DNA of 64,000 bases. Origin: Sulfurovum sp. UBA5198 (GTDB lineage: Bacteria > Campylobacterota > Campylobacteria > Campylobacterales > Sulfurovaceae). Positions 52,151 through 61,270 of this stretch are shown in pieces. Position 1 is the first letter of the stretch; each line of letters begins with the position of its first letter. The position numbers were made by a program, and so were the translations under genes. Location of the stretch: NCBI GenBank assembly GCA_002412865.1, contig DHVW01000007.1, forward strand, positions 7,806 through 71,805. The letters run 5' to 3'. The notes below the pieces were generated by a model, which was not told the origin of the DNA, ran no database searches, and saw only the letters and a list, made by a program, of their open reading frames with translations.

Positions 52151-53713
52151 TTAGTTGATAATTTTTCTTTTTCTATAACTTAATGCTTCCAATATATCAA
52201 CTCTTAATATATCATGATTTCCATTTATATCAGCTATTGTCCTCGCTACTTTTTTTATGCTTGCAATGCTCCTATGAGATAGTGCGAATCTACTCATTGC
52301 ACTCTCCAGTACAGTTAAGGCGTCATCTTTAATCCTGCAATACAAATCTATCTCTTCTTCTTTTAATTTACCGTTTAACCTTTTTTGACCTCTGGCTTTT
52401 TGTGCTTTAAATGCCTTAAGTGTTAGCTTTCTCATCTCTATAGAGCTAATGTCTGATTTATCGCTAGTTTCTACCTCCTGCATAACTACAAAGAGATCTA
52501 TCCTGTCTAAAAATGGGTCACTAAGTCGGTTTTGATATCTAACTATCTCTGCTTCGCTACATCTACACTCGTTCTTTTTTGATAATAAATTACCACATGG
52601 GCATGGATTCATCGCTGTAACAAACATGATATCAGCATCATACGCAATCTTTGCATTTACTCTGGCGATATTCACCTTTCTGTCTTGAAGTGGCTCTCTC
52701 ATCGCTTCTAATATTGGCTTTGCAAAGTGTGGTAACTCGTCAAAAAATAGAATACCTTTGTGTGCTAATGCTACCTCTCCTATTTTGGCTCCACTTGAGC
52801 CTCCCCCAAAAACAGAGGCACTGGTGGCAGTATGATGAGGACTCCTTAGTGGTCTAGCGGCATCAAAAGTGGGTAGCTGTCCATCTAAAAACTGATGTTT
52901 TGCGATTGAAAGCATCTCTAGCTCTTCAAGTGGTGGTAAAATATCTCGCAATCTTTTGGCAATCATGCTTTTACCGCACCCAGGGCTTCCCTCCATCAGA
53001 AAATTATGCATACCAGAAGCTGCTATCACTGAAGCTCTTTTTGCTACACTTTGCCCCTTTACATCAGAAAAATCAGACTCAATAGAACTTTTAGAATAAT
53101 ATGAAATGTCATCTATTGTGATTTTATCAGCGTTATATTCAAATCGTTGCGTTTGTGCATTAAACTCTCCAGTTTGTATAATAACAATAGCTTCACTAAG
53201 CGTATCCACTCCCACAAAATCAACTCCAGATATGTAACTAAGATGGCTAATGGCATCATTTGGGACTATTGCTTTACTAATTAACCCTTGTTCTTTGAGT
53301 GATAAAATAAGTGGGAAGAGCATAGTGCTACTTTTTATCTTCCCATCAAGTCCTAATTCGCCAAAAACAAACAAGCCTTCATAATCAAAACTAGATTTAT
53401 TCAATGCAATCAATAGTGCCAACGGCAAATCAAAATGAGTACCATTCTTCTTTATGTCACTTGGGCTTAGATTGACTGTAATTTTTAGAGGCGGGAATGT
53501 AAAGTTGTTTGTTAGTAGTGCTGACTTTACCCTTTCTCTTGATTCTTGGATATCACTACTAGCAAGTCCAACTACTGAAAAACCAGGTAAACCCTTTGTG
53601 AATGTTGCTTCAACCTCTATAACTTTAGCTTTTAATCCATCAAGCGTTGCACATGCTAATCTATTTATAGTTGCTGTTTGTTCAATTTCTATTTTATTGT
53701 CTTCTATTTTCAT
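52151..53713 (-). CDS. comM: YifB/ComM-family Mg-chelatase-like AAA+ ATPase
   Basis: 520 aa. Lon-protease-like N-domain, Walker A GSPGCGKS, Walker B FFDELP, and a Cys cluster CPCG...CRC. Confidence 0.9.
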   Translation of the reverse strand: MKIEDNKIEIEQTATINRLACATLDGLKAKVIEVEATFTKGLPGFSVVGLASSDIQESRERVKSALLTNNFTFPPLKITVNLSPSDIKKNGTHFDLPLALLIALNKSSFDYEGLFVFGELGLDGKIKSSTMLFPLILSLKEQGLISKAIVPNDAISHLSYISGVDFVGVDTLSEAIVIIQTGEFNAQTQRFEYNADKITIDDISYYSKSSIESDFSDVKGQSVAKRASVIAASGMHNFLMEGSPGCGKSMIAKRLRDILPPLEELEMLSIAKHQFLDGQLPTFDAARPLRSPHHTATSASVFGGGSSGAKIGEVALAHKGILFFDELPHFAKPILEAMREPLQDRKVNIARVNAKIAYDADIMFVTAMNPCPCGNLLSKKNECRCSEAEIVRYQNRLSDPFLDRIDLFVVMQEVETSDKSDISSIEMRKLTLKAFKAQKARGQKRLNGKLKEEEIDLYCRIKDDALTVLESAMSRFALSHRSIASIKKVARTIADINGNHDILRVDILEALSYRKRKIIN

Positions 53714-53747
53714 ACAAGAAGTATCGCAAAACTTTCACATATGCTTT

Positions 53748-53764
53748 CAAAATATGTCAAATTG
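53748..53764. promoter_or_regulatory. 17-nt motif upstream of comM, identical to the core of the recA palindrome
   Basis: CAAAATATGTCAAATTG at 53748-53764 equals 31745-31761, in the same orientation relative to both minus-strand genes. Confidence 0.45.
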
Positions 53765-53778
53765 TAATACTTTTCTTG

Positions 53779-54834
53779 TTACATATCCCTGGCGAGTGTA
53801 AATAATTTTGTATTATTTTGTGCAAAATCTATACATCTATTGCAAATAACTTCGCCATGCTTTTGAGGAAAATCGACTCTGCACTCTTTGCAGGCTACAA
53901 AATGATTTTCAATTAACACTTCAGCTCTACCAAATGCAAGTGAAACCATATCAAAATTATCAAAGCTACTAATAGACTTTGGCTTACATATATCATCACA
54001 TATTCCACATGCTATGCATCTAGTGGGCTGAAACAGTATTTTTGTCTTTTCCGCACCAAAAAATAGTGCATTTGTTGGACAAAATTGCAAACAATCTCCA
54101 CAATTCGTACAAGAGTTAAAATCTATCTTTTTATTGCTTAGAAAACTGAATTTACCTTCAATAACTTGGGTCGTGAAATTTTCAATAGAGTATTTAAGTG
54201 AATTTTGCAACACAAGCCTTGATTTTGGCAATGTCTCCTTTGGGTCAAATAATTTATCAAACTCACTACTATCATCACCAAGTGCTTGTGCTTCAGTAGC
54301 AAAACTAAATATAGCATCCCTTCTGCTTATCTCTGGCTTGGTCTCTCTTGACTCAATCTCACTTATGCCAATTGGGGCTAAAAATCTATTTGCCTCACTC
54401 ATCGTTGCTCTAATTTGAGCCTCTACCTTGCCACCACAATTAATCACTTCACATGAGCTACAATGTGACATATCAAGCGTTACACTTTTCTCTCTTAGTC
54501 CTAGTGAAATTAAATTTTCACATCCAAAAATGCTCAAGCATTGACCTAAGTTTTTACACGATAATACCAAATCTTTATCAAGTCCACTTTTCAATATAAA
54601 TGATATTGGGTCAAACTCGCTATTTGAAAAAGTAGAGGTCGGACATGATCCGATGCATGCATTACAATCAATACAAACTGTGCTATCTAATGCTATTCGT
54701 TTTGCATGAGAAAGTGCAAGTGCATCAGCTGGGCAAGCCTCTATGCAGATACTGCATTCATTATACAAATACTCTGTTCTGAGGCATTTTAATGGATCAA
54801 TAGATATTTTCGCATTTGAACTAAGCAGACTCAT
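53779..54834 (-). CDS. polyferredoxin-like 4Fe-4S protein with C-terminal CxxC...CxxC ribbon (paralog of 14531-15634)
   Basis: C-x9-CSICIEACP, CIDCNACIGSCP, LSC-x5-C...HCSSCE, CTNCGDCLQFCP, CIACGICDDICKP, CKEC...CNRC. The ATG at 54834 (MSLLSSN...) is preferred, because the ORF-track start adds a hydrophobic leader overlapping the TorD-like gene. Confidence 0.7.
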   Translation of the reverse strand: MSLLSSNAKISIDPLKCLRTEYLYNECSICIEACPADALALSHAKRIALDSTVCIDCNACIGSCPTSTFSNSEFDPISFILKSGLDKDLVLSCKNLGQCLSIFGCENLISLGLREKSVTLDMSHCSSCEVINCGGKVEAQIRATMSEANRFLAPIGISEIESRETKPEISRRDAIFSFATEAQALGDDSSEFDKLFDPKETLPKSRLVLQNSLKYSIENFTTQVIEGKFSFLSNKKIDFNSCTNCGDCLQFCPTNALFFGAEKTKILFQPTRCIACGICDDICKPKSISSFDNFDMVSLAFGRAEVLIENHFVACKECRVDFPQKHGEVICNRCIDFAQNNTKLFTLARDM

Positions 54835-55429
54835 TTGTATTCTCCACAACCATATTGCTATAATCTTCAAGCATAAAATCAATAGTAAAATCAGACAAGT
54901 CACTATAAAATGGGTTGTCACTCATCTCTTTTATTGCAATTAAATATTGTGGTATCCAAGCCATTAGATGTTCAGTATAAAACTTCATTTGTGCTTTTGT
55001 GTCTTGTTGCAAAATAAGTTTTTGCATAAATCCAAATTCAATAGCTATATGGTCAGGCACATGATGATGTGACGCCTCTAAGTTTAAATCATATCCATGA
55101 TTTACATAAAATTGAGTAACTGGGTTTTGAAGTCCCACAAGTATCTCATTTTTAGCATCAATTGCAGATGATTCAATCGGGTGGTTATTCATCACAAATA
55201 GCGAATTATAGGCAATACTAAGCTCTCTTAATGTGCTCTGCTCGTCGCCACTGTGTAAAAAATCAAATGCTCCATCGCCTATTGTTCTTAATAGTTCATC
55301 ATTGGCTTTTAGCTCTGTGAATAGCTTTTCGCTTATCTCTGAACTGTAAATTCTTGATAAAAATGCGTAAATATATGCTCTTATTTTATTGTCCACTATA
55401 GACTCCTTTTCTCTAGAAAGAATACCCAA
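54821..55429 (-). CDS. TorD/DmsD-family redox-enzyme maturation chaperone
   Basis: 202 aa. PDHIAIEFGFM motif. Helical. Confidence 0.7.
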   Translation of the reverse strand: MGILSREKESIVDNKIRAYIYAFLSRIYSSEISEKLFTELKANDELLRTIGDGAFDFLHSGDEQSTLRELSIAYNSLFVMNNHPIESSAIDAKNEILVGLQNPVTQFYVNHGYDLNLEASHHHVPDHIAIEFGFMQKLILQQDTKAQMKFYTEHLMAWIPQYLIAIKEMSDNPFYSDLSDFTIDFMLEDYSNMVVENTNESA

Positions 55430-55507
55430 ATATTATATATATGAGATAAAAATATAGACTATATTGTGTCACAATGTACTATATATTTTTTCTCAAAAGA
55501 GATGCTT

Positions 55508-55960
55508 TTACAAGCACCCTTTAAAGAATGATTTTCCTCCAGCAGCTGGAGCTTCGAAATGTGAAGCTACGATAGTATTCGCACCTTCATCGAAGTCACC
55601 TTTGATAGTAACTTCATTTTTATTAATACCTTCTTCAAGCATTTTTGCTGTATCAATTTTAGAAGAGTCAATGTTGTAATATTTCATATCGTCATGTACA
55701 AACAATACTAACTCCATCTTCTCCTTGTCTCCAAATTCCCATTTTTGATTACAATCGCCTTCACCACATACAACACTTTCCATGCGACAATCTGCGAACA
55801 TACCTTCTTCGGCACACCATTTAGTTGTAAGAAAACCTTTTTTCTCAAATGTGCCATTTGCATCAGCTGATGCATTTGTCTCATTTGAATCGCCTTTTCC
55901 TTTATTGCAACCTGCTAGGATTAATCCTGCAAGCAATGCAGTTAAAACTAATTTTTTCAT
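55508..55960 (-). CDS. Cys-rich periplasmic lipoprotein of unknown function within Mo-operon 2
   Basis: 150 aa. Lipobox LILAGC. Additional Cys in WCAEEGMFADCRMESVVCGEGDC and a C-terminal GCL. Start overlaps the gamma gene stop by 4 nt. Confidence 0.5.
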   Translation of the reverse strand: MKKLVLTALLAGLILAGCNKGKGDSNETNASADANGTFEKKGFLTTKWCAEEGMFADCRMESVVCGEGDCNQKWEFGDKEKMELVLFVHDDMKYYNIDSSKIDTAKMLEEGINKNEVTIKGDFDEGANTIVASHFEAPAAGGKSFFKGCL

Positions 55961-57183
55961 TTTTCTACCTCCGCTTTTAGAGTTTTGAGATACGCTACAG
56001 CGTCGTTTATACTTTTATCATCAGTCATCATTGGTGGCATTGTTGATGTTCTTTTGCCTGTTTTTGCATCCAACTCATACCATTTGAAATTTTTATGTGC
56101 ATTTCTATTATACCCTGGAACTATAACCGCACTTGGGTCTTTGATAGATTCAGCCAAATATGCACTAGTTGTATATCCACCAATATTTTTAAGGCCTGGA
56201 GCCATATATGGAGATGACGCTACTTTTGTAGCACTTGTTGTATGACAACTCACACACATAGCCTCTACTTGCACCTGGCCAGCTTTAGCGTCACCTTTGG
56301 GTTTGCTCGTAAGCTCAGCTATTAGTGCCTCGCCTCCGCTTTTACCTTGAAGTTTAACTGCAGTCCATGAAGATAGGTTTTTTACACCACCACGATTATA
56401 TTTTGAGCCGTCCCAAATAGCAAATGCAACAGGTACAGCACCAGAACTAGCACTTAAACTTTGAGCAATTACAGCTGTCCATTTTTTCGTTTTAGCATCA
56501 TATGTCATGCTCATTCCGGACTTGTCGCTACCATCTTTAATCTCAGTTAGTGATCTAAAACCTTCAGATATAAACGCTTTGTGATACTGTTTGCTAAGTT
56601 TAGCTATTGCTGCTCTATTTTTCTTTAGATCCTCACCAAATGCATTTACCATATTTGTAGCAAGTTGGCTTGCTACATCTTTGTTTCCATTTGGTTCAAA
56701 ATATGCTGGGATAGATTTTGCAATATGAACAACAACAGGTCTGCCATCACTGCCCATACCAATATATGGTAATTTTTTAGGGTCGCTATAATTCACAGGA
56801 ATCTGTGTGGCAAAACCATCAGCATATGCATCTGATGCATTTTTTGCCATTGTATTATTTGTAGCATCGCTCCAAGTTAGTTTAAATGCGATAGTCGAAC
56901 CGCTATAAACTGCTTGAATTTGTGCCATTTTAGCTTTAGCGTCGCTATTTACAGCGTTACCTTTTTTGTCATTAAGCTTAATTGTAGTCTGTGGATAAAG
57001 AACAATCGAAGTTGGTTTTGAACCACTCCACATACTGCTACTTGTTGAAACTGAAGCCAAATTTATGCTTCCAACTTTAGATGCAGTTATCACGCCACTT
57101 GGAGTTACAATAGGTTTAGCAAAAGCTACTGTAGCCAAACTGGTGGCTACTAAAAGTGATTTTGTTATATTACGCATGTGCAT
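55957..57183 (-). CDS. gamma subunit: EB_dh-like (type II DMSO-reductase heme-b subunit) domain fused to a C-terminal monohaem cytochrome c
   Basis: 408 aa. Sec signal ending VAFA-KP. N-terminal ~290 aa in the gamma-subunit position. C-terminal CVSCH haem-c motif with a downstream MPPM (Met ligand candidate). Confidence 0.65.
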   Translation of the reverse strand: MHMRNITKSLLVATSLATVAFAKPIVTPSGVITASKVGSINLASVSTSSSMWSGSKPTSIVLYPQTTIKLNDKKGNAVNSDAKAKMAQIQAVYSGSTIAFKLTWSDATNNTMAKNASDAYADGFATQIPVNYSDPKKLPYIGMGSDGRPVVVHIAKSIPAYFEPNGNKDVASQLATNMVNAFGEDLKKNRAAIAKLSKQYHKAFISEGFRSLTEIKDGSDKSGMSMTYDAKTKKWTAVIAQSLSASSGAVPVAFAIWDGSKYNRGGVKNLSSWTAVKLQGKSGGEALIAELTSKPKGDAKAGQVQVEAMCVSCHTTSATKVASSPYMAPGLKNIGGYTTSAYLAESIKDPSAVIVPGYNRNAHKNFKWYELDAKTGKRTSTMPPMMTDDKSINDAVAYLKTLKAEVEK

Positions 57184-58339
57184 TCCCCTCTGTTTTATTT
57201 CCTTCGCCGTGTGGCTTCTCGTCTACGAATGGTAGTGAAAAATCTGCTGTAAATTTACCTTTTGAATATCTATCATCAATTGGTGCCAATGGATTTTTAT
57301 TTCCACTTGCTTTTGCAACATCTTGATAATAGTTCGTATCAAGTCTAAACATATCAGCATGATGATAAGCTATCAATATATCCATCAATTCACTCTCACC
57401 AGTTTTTGCTCTTTTCTCTTTTTCGCTCTTTATAGTCTTAATGGCTGCATGAACTGGCTTACCAAATAGCAATTCAAGTTCTGTCATTGGAACCCTTTGG
57501 CTTCCTTCGATTATTCTACCTTCTGCATCAAATTTAGCTGGTGCTTCTGTTGGTGGAACATAATATACATTTGGTTGAGTTCCATAATCACTTCTTAGTG
57601 GCAGTGCAACTTTATATTTTGTAACCAATTTATATACTTGACCTTCTGTGTCATCCAAGAAACCTACAAAACGAATTCTACCAACACACTGTTGTGCACA
57701 CGCTGGTGGAAGACCTTGTTCTATTCTAGGGAAACAAAGAATACATTTTTCACTTTTTGAAATCTTAGAGTTGAAATATATTTTTTTGTATGGACAACCT
57801 GCTATACAATATCTATACCCTTGACATCTATCCAAATCCACTAGAACAACGCCATCTTGATCTCTTTTGAAGATTGCGTCTCTTGGACAAGCACTCAAAC
57901 AGCCAGGGTTTGTACAATGGTTACAAATTCTAGGCAAATAGAAGAAGTAGTTATCGCTAGGGAAGTTTCCTTTGCCAACATCTTCGTCCCAGTTTGGTCC
58001 CCATGTTGGTGTACTATCAGCGTGGAATGCTGGTGTAGCATCACCTTTTGTATAGTTATATGTTCCTACATCTTCATAGTTAAAATCCCAAGGCACACCA
58101 TAATCAGCTTCGATATTAGGTATTACGCCCTCTTTAAGATCACCAGCAGCATCAAATCCACCACCTAGATCCATCCAGTTTTTAGGGTATCCAGTACCAG
58201 GATATGTTTCCACATTATTCCAGTACATATACTCTCTACCATTTCTATTTGTCCATTGTGTTTTACACGCAACAGTACATGTTTGGCATCCGATACATTT
58301 GTTCAGATCCATTACCATTGCTAATTGTCTTTTTGACAT
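57170..58339 (-). CDS. NarH-type four-cluster Fe-S beta subunit of a type II Mo-bisPGD enzyme
   Basis: 389 aa. MVMDLNKCIGCQTCTVACK...YWNNVE, CNHCTNPGCLSACP, CQGYRYCIAGCPY, CILCFPRIEQGLPPACAQQC. Confidence 0.85.
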   Translation of the reverse strand: MSKRQLAMVMDLNKCIGCQTCTVACKTQWTNRNGREYMYWNNVETYPGTGYPKNWMDLGGGFDAAGDLKEGVIPNIEADYGVPWDFNYEDVGTYNYTKGDATPAFHADSTPTWGPNWDEDVGKGNFPSDNYFFYLPRICNHCTNPGCLSACPRDAIFKRDQDGVVLVDLDRCQGYRYCIAGCPYKKIYFNSKISKSEKCILCFPRIEQGLPPACAQQCVGRIRFVGFLDDTEGQVYKLVTKYKVALPLRSDYGTQPNVYYVPPTEAPAKFDAEGRIIEGSQRVPMTELELLFGKPVHAAIKTIKSEKEKRAKTGESELMDILIAYHHADMFRLDTNYYQDVAKASGNKNPLAPIDDRYSKGKFTADFSLPFVDEKPHGEGNKTEGNAHA

Positions 58340-58351
58340 ATCTATTTCCCC

Positions 58352-61258
58352 TTACGCTTTCTCTATATTTATTGCGCCATCATACGCATACTGATTTCCG
58401 TCCCAAAGACCGCCAAATTTCAAGTGACCCCAGCCATCTGCCATCTCAAGCAAGTTTAGTGCTGTTGGCACACACTCATTGTGACCTTTGTTAAATCTAT
58501 ACATATTTGGCTCCCAACCATGCTCCATCACTAGACCATCTGGAGGACAAGAGCTTGAAACTTTTGCCATTACAAAGAACTCACTAAGAGTATTAAATAC
58601 TCTCATCATATCACCATCTTTGATATTCATTTTGGCAGCGACTAGATTATTAATCTGACCATATGGCACACCACCTCTTTGTAGTCTTTGAAGTATTCTG
58701 CTCGTTTTATAGTTTGAGTGAATAGACCATCTAGCATGTGGTGTCATTAGCATAAATGGATATTTTTTAGGGTCATTTGGTCTAATTCCCTCCATTCCTG
58801 TGTTCGTATTTGCACCCATTTGAATATAAAGAGGATGATCCACATAGAATGTTTGTCTTCCACTTACAGTTTCAAATCTCTCAAATTTATAAAGCATATT
58901 CTCGAAAGTATTATACGGTCTATCACTATACAATGGAGACGACTTACCAGCTTTTTCATTAATTTGCAAGAATCCACCAGCTTTATACATCTTCTCAGCA
59001 GTCCATGGCTCATACTGTACACATTTTTCTAGTGCTGCGTCAAGTGCCATTTTATCTGTTCCCAAATACGGCTCCATAGCAGTTTCGCTCTCTTCATCTG
59101 TATTTGTAAACTCTTTATATACTATTGATAGGTCATGGAAACCTGGTTTTGCATATTTTTTATCGTCTTTTACTTTTGCTTTAGAGATATTTTCTGGTTT
59201 ATTAGCTATCTCTTCAAGTTTTTTTGCAATAAGTCCCATCATGCTCCACTCATCCATCGCTTCACCTACTGGTTTTAGGTTAGCTACTGGTTGAGCAAGA
59301 TTTGTAAATCTATGGTATCCTGGGCTAGTTCTAAGGTCATGAACCTCATAGTGAGATTTCGCAGGAAGCAAAATATCTGCATAACATGCAGCTTCACTCA
59401 TCATGTAATCCACATACGCAAAATATTTAATCTTTCTTAGGAAAGCTTCTCTATATTCACTACCTTTGTTTCTTCTAAATCTAGAATCAGCAATGATAAG
59501 TGCAACTTCAGGCTCCCACCATGGTTTATTTACATTTCCATGTTTACTAGCATCGTTTATTTTGCCATCTTTACCAGCTGCGAGCATAGAATTGATAACT
59601 TCCATATAATCTTTTTTGCTCATACCATTTTGAGCTCTTTTTACATCTTCATCACCAAAGTATTTATCAAAAGTCTTCATGCCATCACCAAATACAAACT
59701 CACCAACAAATCCAGAACCAAATCTAGCAGCATATTTACCACTAAATCCACCTAGAACTTCTAGTCCACTTAGTTGGAATTCATTTTCAGTATTAAGTCC
59801 GCCATATGGCCCAAGTCTACCAGTAAGTCCACAGATTGAAGCAATATTCCATACGCTCATTAGACCATTAAAATATTTATTTAGTGAAAATCCTGTTGTG
59901 ATAGATACTACTTTTGGTAAAGCTATATCACGAGCAAGCATTCTAACTGTATCTGGGTGTACACCTGTGATTTTTTGAGTCTCTTCAGGAGAAAATCTCT
60001 CGATATTCTCTTTTAGCATTTCAAATACAGTAGTTACCTCTACATCTTCGCCATTTAATAGCTCAACATCCCAGCTACCTTCAAGCTCAGGGTCAATCCC
60101 AAGCTCAGCAAGACGAATAGATTTATGCTCACTACCTTCAGTACCTGGCATAAGAGCGATTTCGCCACCATTATTGTTCATTACATAGAACTCTTCATGG
60201 AATTTTTCAGCATCTTCAGGTTTTGCAGGTTTTTCCACATCACTTCTTCTTAAAAGTTTTTTAGACTCTTTCATTACTAGGAATGGAAGATCTGTAAATA
60301 GTTTCATAAACTCAGGCTTATAAAGCTTCTCTTTTAATATCTCATGAATAACTGAAGCAGCAAGTATATTATCACTACCAGCTTTGATAGGTATCCATAT
60401 ATCAGCTGATTTTGCAGAACCATTAAACTCTGGCGTGATTACATAAACTTTAGCACCATTATATTGACCTTCCCACACGAAGTGAGCATCAGGTATTCTA
60501 CTTACAGATGGATTTCCACCCCAGAATACTGCTGTATCTACATTATACATAAAATCATAAGTACAGCCAACATTCCCCTCGCCATATGCAACAGCAGCAC
60601 CAGAGAACATATCCCCTAGGTATGATGATGGATAGATACGAGATGAACCTAACATTGTAGAAAATCGTAGTGGTCCTCCTCTTCTACCTTCTGTTAGTAG
60701 TCCAGTACCAGCATGAACTGTTAGTTTTGATGGACCTTTTGCAGGATCAACCATCACATCCCAGATTTTTTGAGCTACTTCACCAGCTGCGTCATCCCAG
60801 CTTAGTCTCTCCCACTTACCCTCACCTCTTTCTCCAACTCTTTTCATTGGATAAAGAAGTCTATTTTTTTCATACATTACTTGTGAATGCTGTACGCCTT
60901 TATTGCATCCTCTTGGATTAAAATCAGGAATTTTAGGGTTAATAGATGGGTATCTAGCCGATTGATTCTCTCTAGTTACTACGCCGTTGTGAGACCAGAT
61001 TTCCCATGCACAGTTACCTTGACAGTTTACACAGTGATATGCAAAACCAGTATCCTCTATATTTCCACGCATAAATCCAAATTCATTTCTATACATATCT
61101 TCTGTATATGTACCGTTTGGATAACCTTCAAGTCCCGTCTCTATTTTCATAGCATCAGTTTTAGCGAACAATGCACCTTGAGAGGCGACCATTGTAGCTG
61201 TTACAGTAGAAAATTTAAGAAAATTTCTTCTTTTTTCGTTTGTCATATTTTTTGTCAT
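58352..61258 (-). CDS. Tat-exported NarG-type (type II DMSO reductase family) molybdopterin catalytic alpha subunit; substrate unknown
   Basis: 968 aa. Twin-arginine EKRRNFLKFSTVTA. FS0 motif H-x3-C-x3-C (YHCVNCQGNCAW). Candidate Asp ligand region SSYLGDMFSG. Size is like SerA/ClrA/DdhA/EbdA/PcrA rather than NarG/NxrA. Confidence 0.85.
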   Translation of the reverse strand: MTKNMTNEKRRNFLKFSTVTATMVASQGALFAKTDAMKIETGLEGYPNGTYTEDMYRNEFGFMRGNIEDTGFAYHCVNCQGNCAWEIWSHNGVVTRENQSARYPSINPKIPDFNPRGCNKGVQHSQVMYEKNRLLYPMKRVGERGEGKWERLSWDDAAGEVAQKIWDVMVDPAKGPSKLTVHAGTGLLTEGRRGGPLRFSTMLGSSRIYPSSYLGDMFSGAAVAYGEGNVGCTYDFMYNVDTAVFWGGNPSVSRIPDAHFVWEGQYNGAKVYVITPEFNGSAKSADIWIPIKAGSDNILAASVIHEILKEKLYKPEFMKLFTDLPFLVMKESKKLLRRSDVEKPAKPEDAEKFHEEFYVMNNNGGEIALMPGTEGSEHKSIRLAELGIDPELEGSWDVELLNGEDVEVTTVFEMLKENIERFSPEETQKITGVHPDTVRMLARDIALPKVVSITTGFSLNKYFNGLMSVWNIASICGLTGRLGPYGGLNTENEFQLSGLEVLGGFSGKYAARFGSGFVGEFVFGDGMKTFDKYFGDEDVKRAQNGMSKKDYMEVINSMLAAGKDGKINDASKHGNVNKPWWEPEVALIIADSRFRRNKGSEYREAFLRKIKYFAYVDYMMSEAACYADILLPAKSHYEVHDLRTSPGYHRFTNLAQPVANLKPVGEAMDEWSMMGLIAKKLEEIANKPENISKAKVKDDKKYAKPGFHDLSIVYKEFTNTDEESETAMEPYLGTDKMALDAALEKCVQYEPWTAEKMYKAGGFLQINEKAGKSSPLYSDRPYNTFENMLYKFERFETVSGRQTFYVDHPLYIQMGANTNTGMEGIRPNDPKKYPFMLMTPHARWSIHSNYKTSRILQRLQRGGVPYGQINNLVAAKMNIKDGDMMRVFNTLSEFFVMAKVSSSCPPDGLVMEHGWEPNMYRFNKGHNECVPTALNLLEMADGWGHLKFGGLWDGNQYAYDGAINIEKA

Positions 61259-61270
61259 ATTCTATCTCCC

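Noticed and set aside
53748-53764. Treating the 17-nt recA/comM match as a proven operator
   Set aside because: In AT-rich DNA an exact 17-mer shared by two intergenic regions is uncommon but not impossible by chance. It is kept as a hypothesis in the findings and not asserted as a regulatory site.
58352-61258. Calling the alpha subunit perchlorate/chlorate reductase (PcrA/ClrA) or respiratory nitrate reductase (NarG)
   Set aside because: No chlorite dismutase (cld) or pcrC/pcrD-type genes lie nearby. The Tat signal, the 968-aa size and the EB_dh-type gamma argue against cytoplasmic NarGHI. Substrate cannot be inferred from motifs alone, so the call is left generic.
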